Shown piece by piece: positions 54,117 to 64,000 of a stretch of DNA of 64,000 nt. How positions within the stretch are numbered: the first letter of the stretch is position 1; each line of letters begins with the position of its first letter. The DNA lies in assembly GCA_002633005.1 (NCBI GenBank), contig NMRA01000029.1, forward strand, positions 1,274,086-1,338,085, written 5' to 3'. The notes below the pieces were generated by a model that saw nothing but the letters and a program-made list of their open reading frames with translations, did not search any database and was not told where the DNA came from. This DNA comes from Phoronis australis (Eukaryota; Animalia; Phoronida). Position numbers and translations under genes: made by a program.

Positions 54117-54910
54117 TTAAAATGATTGGGCCATCGCATGCAGTGGCGAGACGCCGACCAGAGCTTCTTCAAGCGGTGAGAACGGGCCTGCCAATAGCAA
54201 TTAGACAGTTTTCAAGTACAAGACACACTTGGTAGCATTGGGAGTAACAATTTTGTTGACTGTTTTTGACAGCTGTGAGCAGATTATTACGATCAATTAG
54301 ACGTACAGCAGAGAAGCCCAGACCAAAAGGACGAAATGACTTAATCAGAGTGACCAATACTTACACTTTTCTTCGAAAAGAAACAAAATAAAATGAGCTG
54401 AATGATGTTGTTGAAAAATTTACCCGTGAATAATTGATAATACATACACCGCTATAAAATGCAATTATCTCTCTGTCACGTACCGAGTCAAAACGTGTGT
54501 AGTCTTAACCGCCAACGGACGATTTTTAACATGTGTTTAAGTAAATTGTACAGTTAATAAGATTTATTTTATCTTGAGCCTCCCGATTTTTCATTCAAAA
54601 TTATTATTCGAGCTCGTTGAGGACTATTCTACGAGCGTAGACTAGAAACTCGTATGTATAAACCATAAAGTAGTCGAGTACAGAATAACAGACATGATAC
54701 TCGGTTCGCAGCCTAGCTATGGTATTTGAATTAAGCCGCATTATGCACAAGGCTTAATTAGTATTCTTTGTAGCAGCTTCCACATAATGTCTCACACCTC
54801 AGATTTGTGGATTGTCATTGTACATAAAAATTACGACTGTTTTACCCACAAAGTGAATGCCATTTTTATCTACCTCTCTACATGTACATTTAAGTTTTCT
54901 ATTCCTTTAC

Positions 54911-55159
54911 CTGTTTTGACATCAATCTCCATTTTTATCGGCTGGAAATGCTCATGGATTGTATAAACTGCGATCGTGTAGACACTGCCCGAATCAAGTT
55001 GCTCACAGTTTGCACGGGTGGCTAATGGGCCTAAAACCACATTTCCTTTGGGGCACAAAACCTCCAAACCCTCTCCAATTGCGTTTTCGGGTAAGCTCCA
55101 ACTCAGTACAACCGAATCTTTCAAGATGTCGGAATCCAGGTTAAAAACAGCTTTCAGAC
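54911..55159 (-). CDS. Gene B exon: FN3 domain
   Basis: Acceptor cttgtAG|GT and donor ACAG|GTAAAG; phase 1-1, 249 nt. Peptide DSVVLSWSLP..LEVLC..ANCEQLDSGSVYTIAVYT. Confidence 0.85.
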
Positions 55160-55477
55160 CTACAAGTTCATACGATCTTTTCTTTAGGTGGACGTCCTTT
55201 TATTAATGGGTTTCCTACTAGTTTTTAGTCTATTGTTCTATATCTACATGTACCATTGCAGGAAGGGACTTAGATTGCCGCAAGACTGGCCTGTGTTGTG
55301 TATATTGCGTATTGTTCAGTGATGCATCCACGCCACTCCAATAAAAATAAATTTATTATTATACAAATGTTCTCACGTAGTGTGCTTTCACGAAACAATG
55401 AGTTAGATTTCGAAGTCATAAGGATTCTCCAGCTATAAGGAGCGTGACTCAGCAAACTATTTAACTAATAGTCTCAC

Positions 55478-55735
55478 CCTGACATTTTGGAACACTGCAC
55501 AATACTCTTTCGTCACTGCCTTCTGGGAAGCACCAAACCCCATTGACCACGGTATCATTGCGGAGTACCTGAGGATTGCGGCAGGAATTTTCACTGACTT
55601 TCGTTGCAATTACCTTCATGTACAAGTTGGCACTGTGCAATGTTTTCCACGGACGACACATGCGGCCGTCTTTTACGCGGTTCACGTGGCCGGTGTAGTA
55701 GCCGTCCAACGGTCCCCAGCATTTGGTAAAATCCG
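55478..55735 (-). CDS. Gene B exon: kringle domain
   Basis: Acceptor gttttAG|CG and donor CAGG|GTGAGA; phase 1-1, 258 nt. KCWGPLDGYYTGHVN..DGRMCRPW..ENSCRNP..GVWCF..VLCSVPKC has all six kringle cysteines and the Y-x-G, C-x-x-W, CRNP and WC motifs. Confidence 0.9.
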
Positions 55736-56337
55736 CTAAAACGAAAAGGTTGCGAACAAATAAATTAAGTGATTATAATTTCAGAAACTGGCAATGATAT
55801 ACGCTCCTTTGAATTTACTTAGGCACCTGAACAAAGAAATAAATAACCCACAGTGCAAAAGTTCCATCGGACACATTTTGACAAAATGTAATAGGTTACT
55901 GTTTGCAAAACTTAGAAGTTTATATTTTCAAGACGGTCATGTCAAAACCAATAACTACTTCTGTGGTACTATGGGATCCATTACATAGTTGGACAGGAAA
56001 TTGGTGAAATATTCCAAAAAAGAATTGTTTGGCATTTCTTTCGCACAGTAAAGCCCCCCCCCCAGTCGTTGACAATGGCGCTGCTGTTTTTTGACAAGTA
56101 AGAAGATTCACAAAGTGTGTTCCTAGTAAATATGCAGATGCATCATCTTCAGGAGGTTGGCAAGGATCCCAGCTAGGAAAACAGCGCTCATATTGTGGGC
56201 TTTCGCGTTTAACTCGCAATTCAACGTCAAATCAAGCACCGAAAACAACTAAAGGTTGACCTTTCATTTACAACGTAAGTCAGGGGTTACATTTGGAAGT
56301 CTGATTGGGAACCTGGATAAAGGATTGCCGTACTAAC

Positions 56338-56598
56338 CATGCACGCACTTCCCCTTTAATATGGGGAGGGGGGGCTCGAATTTCCGACTATGTGGACATT
56401 TTACCGACAAAAAAGCCGGACCAAGGAAAAAACGGGGTACCACGTCCAGAGCTGTGAAATGTGAGTTTGTGCCTTTTTAGTGGACTTTTTGTCTCATTTT
56501 CATGGTACATTTGTTTCTCTGAGGCGGACCTTTCTGTCCCCCATATGGGGGGGGGCTCGTTCGAGCACCCGAGCCCCCCCCCCCTGGGTGCGAGCATG
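56338..56598 (+). mobile_element. MITE family X, copy 3
   Basis: TIRs catgcacgcac and gtgcgagcatg. Internal gggggctcgaattt, ggggtac, tagtggactttt and tttgtttctc are shared with copies 1 and 2. Confidence 0.65.
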
Positions 56599-56916
56599 CT
56601 AACTACGAGTCCGTTTTTGTTTAACGTTTGACAGGCCTACAAAGGCCGTGTAGGCAAAACGTTTAAATTTGTCAAAATCAAAAGTTTGGTTAGATCACAA
56701 TGTCCACACCGAATACTCCAGATCCTGTTGTAGCTAAGTGGAGATGTTGTTCCTTTAAAAAAATCTTAAACCACGGGATTGCCCATGCAGTGACTCAATT
56801 TGTTTGTCTCGGAATCGACAGTCATGTAATCCATGTTAATCAATGGCTCAAAGTGGTTACTAAATCCAAGGATTACTGATGACCTTATGAACATTGTATT
56901 ACAAGAGTACGTTTTG

Positions 56917-57075
56917 CTACGATTGCAACGGACCGGGCAGTCGTGATACATCTAGACAATCACTGGGCGCGGTGGTTCCTGTTACAATTTTGTACTCGAC
57001 CTCACATCGATCGAGGTTTACAGAAAGCCGATTTGTTAGACATCCAATATATTTGCGTGAGTATAAAGGTCTTTC
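56917..57075 (-). pseudogene. Possible WSC-like exon or pseudo-exon in gene B
   Basis: After gtctttAG the frame reads ERPLYSRKYIGCLTNRL..TTAPSDCLD, resembling the Y-x-GC start of WSC domains. The acceptor is phase 0 and there is no convincing donor before the stop. Confidence 0.25.
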
Positions 57076-59169
57076 CTAAAGACAACTGAATTCTCCAAAA
57101 ACTAGAGTGAAGGGTGGTCAGCAAAATAGTACATGATGCCCACTTTCGGTTTTCTCCGTGAGGTTTTATTAGAGAGGAGACAAAGAGGTTTCTTGGAAGA
57201 AAACGTATATTCTTAACAACGAAATAATACTCATGTTGTGACATTCGGTTAAAACTCTGGGCATATAGCAATATCTATACTTAGCCAAGGAAACACAGAA
57301 GAGACATACAGCTTACGCCATTTACAAGCTGTAATAAACACAAAACAGCAACTGCAGAAGTCAAAAGTCTCTAGAGCATAACAAGCGCTTAATACTACAA
57401 ACAACTTAACTAATAATTGGCATGCGCCAATCTACGAGAGGAGTCAATGATACTCAGTCAGCATAAGTATTTGTTTCTTGATACTCTACCAAATCTTGTC
57501 TGCTTCGACATCACGGGATCGCCAGCTTTTATCACACTCTCTCCTGCAGTTGCATTACAAGAATCCTTATCTGGAATTTATTTCTTTTGCAATCTGTTAC
57601 GTCGCACAGTTAGAGCAGGAGTAGACACTAACTACAAGCGATTATGCACTTGGCGCTGAACTGTACCGTATTTCTGGCAATCAGGAATAAAAGCAGACTG
57701 TCCTGGAGTCAGTTCCGATAGTTTGCGAACACGGTGACGTTTGTTAAAATCTTATTTCATTTTCAAACGCTGGCTCTCCGTACAACGAATTGATTGCGAG
57801 TCCGGTAATTCCCAGTAAATATTATACATTGTAACACTAGGCCAGCACCAGGCAGGTACCAACACATGATTCCAAACCGGTATCGGCACAAATTATTTGC
57901 ACTGGTACGGTGCTGTAACCGGCACCAACCCAGCACCAGACCAGCACCTGCTAAAAAGTAACGGCCCCTTGCCGGTGCAAGTCAGGTGCCAGCTCCAGCA
58001 ATGATAAGTCTCGATGATGTGTTAAACATAAATGTCAAAACTGAAAATTAAAATAAAAGCAAGCATTCATGGTCAATCTTTTATTGAAATGGGAAGTACT
58101 TATATGTTCCTCACGTGGTCATGCAACTTCTTTAAGGTAACTGCTTTGAAATACCTCCAACACACTAGTAGAGAAACAAGTAAGTAAACCTGCACTCTGA
58201 ACTTGCTTTGTTTTCGTTGGAAATCCCGCAGAAATTTCATGGTTCACAAATTGTTGCTCAAACAATGCATAGTATTTTTCACTTCGACTATCACTGAATC
58301 CGGGATGCTGTATACCATAGTTTTATGGTAAAACAGCACACAATTCTTAACACCATATTATGTACGTGGGTTTCAACTAGAGAAGAGACAAAGACGTATC
58401 ATTGCAGGAAACATATATTCTAATAAGGAACTAGTATAGTTCGGTAGCAGTCATTCGTTAACACCAATTTTGTTGAAAAAACGACTAATTTAACTTTTTG
58501 TTTGAAAGCTTGATTCGCAGTCGCTTGTAGTGTTGAAGCAATCTCCTGTCTTCAGGTGTGCAGCTATGCAACAAAACACCGAACTAAAAGAGCACTTGTG
58601 GCAATCGGTTGCAGCACTGGACTTACAGCGCCATCTATGCTTAGCTATGAAATACGGAATAGACATACAACACACTGGTAAAAACAGACCGCTACACCAA
58701 TACCATAATCCGTACCTTTATGCGTCAGTTATACCGGTGTTCTACTTAATATTTTACTCAAAAATAATTCAACAACCTTGACCTCGTTTGTCCTGGCAAA
58801 TGTTACTGAAAATGGCGGTACGCTCATAAGACAACAGCGTTCGAAGAAAACGGAACAAAATTAAGTTCGTATAGACGTATTAGGATTTTGACGGTAACAC
58901 TACATGTAACTATGCCGCTATTGTCACTGGCTGGCGTGCCATACGACGAACTTGAACACAAAAAACGTATATCCAAGCTGGATCTGGGTCTACCGTCGAG
59001 TCGGATGCGGAAGCAGTCCTCCAATAAAGCTGAGTAGGGTATCTGTCTGTGGAAGTACTGTCTTGTTATTTCCGAGATGGTTGTGTGAGTGTCCCTTTCG
59101 AGGTAGATACGAGTGGCTGTGGTACTGCCCCAACATAGCTCACTGGTATGGATGGTGTCAGCTCCAAAT

Positions 59170-60600
59170 TATTGAAACTAGCTCATGACGAGCTGACAAC
59201 ACCTATCTCTTAAACCAGAGCATTAAAACTTCCAAGTTCCCTAGTTTGTGGAAACTTGCAAATGTATCTCCTTTACACAAAGGCTGTGCTACTGAAAATG
59301 TAAACAATTACAGGCCAATTTCAATTTTGCCGGTCTTACATGTATCTAAATTGTTAGAGAAGCATGTTCACAATACCCTGTCTTCCCTTTCGACTGAGCA
59401 TGAGTCAGTAGTTGCCTCTCAGTCTGGTTTCAGAAGTGACCACTACTGTGAAACTGCCCTCATTAATGTTAACGGCTGGGGTCAGGCTGTGGATAGCAGT
59501 CACAATGTTGGTGTAGTATTTTTGGAATTTAAAAAAGCTTTTGATCTTGTTGGTCACAATATACTTTTAAGCAAAATGTTAATTCACAAGATAGGCAAGG
59601 TTTCGCTAGACGGATTTCAATGATATCTGTCAGAGAGGTGCCAGGTTGTAGGCCTATCCCTTGGTGGACATCTGTCTGAAACCCAAGGTATCACACATGG
59701 TGTCTCTCTTGGACCTCTGTTATTTCTATAAATGATCTCTCTTTAGTCTGCGAAAACAGGGTTGACATGTATGCAGATGATACTAATTTGTCCGTTGTGG
59801 CAAACTCGCTGATCGCTGTAAGGAACAGACTCCAGTCTGATTTGGATAAAGTTGCTACCTGGTGTGATGATAACAAAATGGTAATTAATGCTGAAAAAAC
59901 AAAATGCACGAGTATTGCCTCAGAGCTACGTCATGATAGAAGTTACCTTGAACTTAATCTTACTATTTCGGATGTACAGCTCAAACAGGATGACAGTGAA
60001 AAGTTATTGAGTGTTACTGTAGACAAGACCATCAGTTGATCTAGCCCTGTTACTGGGACTCTGTCCGAAATTAGACAGCGTCTTTGTCTTCTCAACATTT
60101 CTTCCCACAGAAGGGCGTCTCCAATATTTCAGCGCTTGTATATTGCCTCTGTTCCTTTATTGTAGTACAGTGAGATCAGGATGTAATGCAAAACTGGTTT
60201 CCTCTCTATTGAAGGCTCAGAAGGAGGCGGCCAGACTTGTTCTTTGTGTACCTTTTGGCACTCCATCAATTCAAAAGTTTAACAGACTGGGGTGGCTTCC
60301 ATTCACAAATATTTTATATATAGGTGTTTGTGTATGATGTACAAGGGTTTTCAGAATAATGTACCAGTTTATTTATCCTGTAACCTTGTACTTGTTCGAA
60401 ATACATGTAGCTACCAAATCAGGACACGATTTTCTACTTCAAACAATTTGGTTTTGCCTAAACACAGAACTTCGTTTTACTTTTGTCCATCTTTATTCAA
60501 GCCATTCAACAACAGATCAACTTGCCAAATAATCTAAAGGAAGCTGACCGTTATGATGATTTCACACTCAAACTCATTAGTTGCCTGTGATCGTCATACT
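59170..60600 (+). mobile_element. Decayed LINE (CR1/L2-type) reverse transcriptase, antisense in a gene B intron
   Basis: FPSLWKLANVSPLHKG, NYRPISILP, SKLLEK, QSGFR, VFLEFKKAFDLVGH, MYADDT, NKMVINAEKTK, LFLYCSTV..QKEAARLV; several stops and frameshifts. Confidence 0.92.
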
Positions 60601-61024
60601 GTCCCTCCTTTTTGTCACTCTAATGTATATATCATTATTTAATTTAATTTTTGCTGTAGAGGACCATGCTGTATATTAGCCTTTGGGTAAAGCATGTTTA
60701 TATCTATTGTATTTTATGCTCTATAAATAATTTCTTAATACTATTATTGTTATTATCCTTATTATTTCAACCGCAATGGATTTTAGAGGACTCACGAGTT
60801 GGTTGTACCTCCCTACCTCGATGGACATTCTAAAGTGAAAATTCGGGACATCTGAAAAGGGGCAATGTTCATCGGCAAGTGGGTATACATACGTGTTGGC
60901 TTCGAGAGTTGAAATTGAGCTGAGGGTTGGACTACCCTTGTGAGGCAGATCTACCATTAAGTGTATCTCCGACCCGATTTGGGCCGGCGAATACTCCCAG
61001 AGGTTGCTGCCTATGTACACCGTG

Positions 61025-61135
61025 GAAGTACCCTCGCGCTAGTTCAAGGATTAGATTTCAGCACGGCCCGATTTGTTGTGGCAGTACCCTCGCGCTGGTT
61101 AAGGGATTAGAGTTCACCAGGGCCCGATTTGTTAC
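61025..61135. repeat. Two tandem copies of a ~56-bp unit
   Basis: agtaccctcgcgct(a/g)gtt..ggattaga.ttca.ca.ggcccgatttgtt occurs twice. Confidence 0.8.
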
Positions 61136-61260
61136 AGTGACTACAAATTTTTCTAGGTTTGCACTTGAATTAAACGGTCCGTTGTAAGGAGCCAGGTCTC
61201 ATCAAATTGCCACCAGTATACATGTACTCTTTCGGCAAAACTACGAGTGTGGATACGTAC

Positions 61261-61464
61261 CCGAAACACGCTTTGCCTGGATCATTACATCACAAACTTC
61301 CAAGGTACCTGCTGGAAAAAGAATCATAGTCAAGTAACGACCGATTTCTTGTTTTCGGCATTCGGCGCTTATTGACTTTCTTTCACCGGGAACTTCTGGC
61401 AAGATGAAGTCGGCACACAGTGCATCGTTGGTGATGGTTGACACTTGTATTTGTACATTGATAC
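61261..61464 (-). CDS. Gene B exon: C-terminal part of an F-type lectin/F5-8 type C-like domain
   Basis: Acceptor tttcttccAG|GT and donor TCGG|GTACGT; phase 1-1, 204 nt. INVQIQV..ALCA..AEC..IGRYLTMIL..TLEVCDVMI matches the C..C..GRYV-x-I..L-x-LCEV-x-V end of the fucolectin fold. Confidence 0.75.
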
Positions 61465-61709
61465 CTGGAAGAAATAACGACTAGCTGTGCTTCCTACTGC
61501 TACGATATTGAGCGCTACGTCGGCCGCTGAAAATGACTCACTTCGACATAGGGCGAAATCAGAATGAGAAGCCTTATTAAGCCACGTAACGAGAGTCATT
61601 CCGACGACGGTTTAACTTTATAAATAAAAAAACGGTTACATTGTATTATTTCATGTCATATTTGGTAAGAGTCGAAATTAAATTGAAAACGTGCTGTACC
61701 AGTCATTAC

Positions 61710-61769
61710 CTAAGCGGCTCCCATTATGCATGTATTTAACTGTAACGGTGATTTCGTCGAAAAGCATAA
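61710..61769 (-). CDS. Gene B short exon (60 nt)
   Basis: Strong acceptor tcctttttttctttgtcacAG and donor TTAG|GTAATG; phase 1-1. MLFDEITVTVKYMHNGSRLG joins in frame to the 61464 exon. Confidence 0.55.
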   Translation of the reverse strand, partial: LCFSTKSPLQLNTCIMGAA

Positions 61770-61823
61770 CTGTGACAAAGAAAAAAAGGACGTAATCTTC
61801 ATAGCATGACAAGTTCGAGCGAC

Positions 61824-61878
61824 CAGTAGATGCATTGGTGAATATAATGCCAAATGCGATAACGGAGTATATTCTCAT
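61824..61878 (-). CDS. Gene B putative first coding exon: signal peptide
   Basis: gccATG context; MRIYSVIAFGIIFTNAST has an n-h-c signal-like layout. The donor G|GTCGCT is weak, and the 54-nt intron is in frame and stop-free, so it may be retained. Confidence 0.45.
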
Positions 61879-62211
61879 GGCTAGGCTTAACAATGCGTTT
61901 TACAGAACTGACTGTCAGTATACGTATCACTGTGCTGATATGCACTCCTATACTACATATGACTAACACATTTAGCTTAAAAGAGGTGCCATTATGCTAC
62001 AAACAGAATTTTATTAATACATCTTATTAAGAGATTTAGTAGCCTCTAGTATACCTGTTGCTAAGAAACAAGCAAAAATATTAAAAAATATGTTTTTATG
62101 TTATCCAGGTTGTACGTTGTGAGTGGAAGACCATCTCCGACGTTGTTGTCTTTACCAGTGCGATAGTGAGGAGTTGTGAGGAAAGTCCATGGAGAGCCGC
62201 CGCTTTCCGAC

Positions 62212-62560
62212 ATGAAAATGTGCGTTTGTGGAGGCTGTAGCAACAGCAGCTTGACTGAGAACGTCTCTGTGTTGAAAATCCCTAAATACGGGAAAGTTGC
62301 ACAGAAATGCCGTCGGTTTGGGCGCCGCACGAGAGTGCATGTAGAATGTCAGTGTGGAACATGCGATTCAGTTGAAAGCGACAGTTTGTTCGGTACATTT
62401 TAAGGAATCGAATTTCAACCAAGCACAAAAAATGCGTTACGATGAGGGACTCGCCACCTTTTAATTGTACTTCAAATTTTATAAATGACAAACAAATTGC
62501 TTTCATTCTAGGGCGAGTGATGCCAGGCCCTCGACTCCGGCTCAGATCGAGTGCTACGAC
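62212..62560 (+). pseudogene. Decayed THAP zinc-finger domain (transposon-derived)
   Basis: MKMCVCGGCSNSSLTENVSVLKIPK.., then a frameshift to KATVCSVHFKESNF, and later PRLRLRS. C2CH signature present. Confidence 0.7.
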
Positions 62561-63507
62561 AGGTAGGCTTAGGCATTGTGCTGATCCCATCATGACACTC
62601 ACGAATACGAGTGACCCAGGTTTACTGTGGGCTTTGTCAGTGATTATTAAATGTAAGTGTCTATTTTGTGAATATTGACTACCTTATTGTTCATTTGATT
62701 GTAGCTCGCAAATGTCTGCAGCGTTTTTGGTGCAAGTGGGTCGAATTCATTACAACATCAAAGGTGACAAAAGTTCGCTCAGGGAAAATTCAAATCGGAT
62801 TGTCAGATTCTTCAAGTACTTGGGTGTGATGCCCATATCCTCTCTCTCCTCTCTGTCTGCATAATAATTGTCTAGTTCTTGCTCAAAATCATCGTCTTCT
62901 GATCTGCTGTGTTCCGTCGTTGCAATTGATTGTCAAGTGACCAACCGTTTTCTACCCATTACCTCATTTGGCGGGAAACTTGGAAATAACACATTTTTCT
63001 TCAAGATTAAAAAAATTGCTACTATTTGGCATAAAATGTGCTGATTTAGTTCGATTACATGGTATTTATTTCATATAAGTTAATTGAAACCTCAGATACT
63101 AAGAAAATCCATGGTGGGAACATTTTAAATTCGTCTCATCTGCAGTAAAAATCCTGTTTTCCAACAACCCCTCTTTCTCGAAAGGGACTGTAATGAATTT
63201 GCCATAGGAAGAGGTTGATCAAAACAAGAGTGGCTGCGCGAACAGTTCACTAAACTGTACATGTTTTACGCTCCTGGGTAGGAATTAGTGAATATATGGC
63301 TTTCAGAATCAACAAAAAACTGATGCTTTTGCACACTGAAGGAGCAGTCAAAACCTCTGGGTTGGAAAAAAGGACGTCAATCGCCGCTGGCTACTGGTCA
63401 GCTGCAGATAAGATCGACACATCCTCCGCTATTCTAGCGGGGAGGGCATGCAGGTTTGTAAAAATTGAGCGTTTTGTGACATGTTTTGCAATTTGGTACA
63501 ATGTTAA

Positions 63508-64000
63508 AGGAGAATGCCACCCTATTTAATTAGTCTTTTTTGCCGTCTTAATCGGTTTATATCCACATGGCCTCGCGTACGGTCGACCATACCATGCCGA
63601 GAGGTGTCGCGTTAACCTGTGAGGAAGGTGAGAAACGACGCAGCGACGTCAGTGGTTCATTTGCAGAGTGAATGCCACTATGTTGCGGTGCATCGTTCCC
63701 ACTTGTCCGAACTATGCAGCTGCGAGGAAAGGAGGTATATCGTTTTTTTCGACTTCCTCGAGAGTTCGAAATGCTTAGGAAGTGGCTTGCAGCAGTGAAG
63801 AATGAAAGGTATGCTATAAAAAGCAAGTATGAGGCTGTGTAACATCTTCGTGTCTGTGGCCTGCAGTCGTCTTAAGTGCCTGACGAATGCCGGCTTACCA
63901 AATAACTATCCATACGTTCCGTTGTCTGAGCTTGTTCACGGCGCCTCTCTAGTATTTCACTGTATTCCGGTTCGAACTGATAGCCTGTGAAACTTAACAA
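63508..64000 (+). mobile_element. Left part of a probable Kolobok-like element with decayed THAP domain
   Basis: ttaa|AGGAGAATGCCACCC at 63504-63522. From ATG 63680: MLRCIVPTCPN..GISFF / RLPREFEMLRKWLAAVK..*HLRVCG, with one frameshift and one stop. The right end is not seen. Confidence 0.65.

Noticed and set aside
57440-57580. Additional gene B exon (DKDSCNATAGESVIKAG..)
   Set aside because: There is no pyrimidine tract before the AG and no domain resemblance, so the call cannot be supported.
1-64000. Prokaryotic systems (CRISPR array, operons, defence islands) and rRNA/tRNA genes
   Set aside because: Spliceosomal exon structure and metazoan domains and TEs are present throughout. I see no repeat-spacer array and no recognisable structural RNA.

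Overview
This is AT-rich, intron-containing animal (invertebrate-like) genomic DNA, not prokaryotic. Two convergent (tail-to-tail) paralogous polycystin-1 (PKD1/PKDREJ)-family genes dominate the window. Gene A (+, at least 4683..32215) has six phase-1 fibronectin type III exons spliced onto one 3.7-kb exon. Gene B (-, about 61878..47777) has a putative signal peptide, a partial F-type-lectin/F5-8C-like module, a kringle and two FN3 exons spliced onto one 3.55-kb exon. In both genes the large exon encodes partial REJ, GAIN/GPS (HL|T), TM1, PLAT and TM2-5. Both reading frames stop just after TM5, so neither has the six-TM TRP-like channel module of canonical polycystin-1 proteins. Introns and intergenic DNA hold decayed mobile elements: TTAA-targeting Sola3-like and Kolobok-like DNA transposons, three THAP-domain relics, CR1/L2-type LINE pieces, Gypsy integrase pieces and MITEs. 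Two near-identical duplications sit at N gaps and are probably haplotype-assembly artefacts. Exon boundaries were read by eye from splice signals and phase, and none is transcript-verified.
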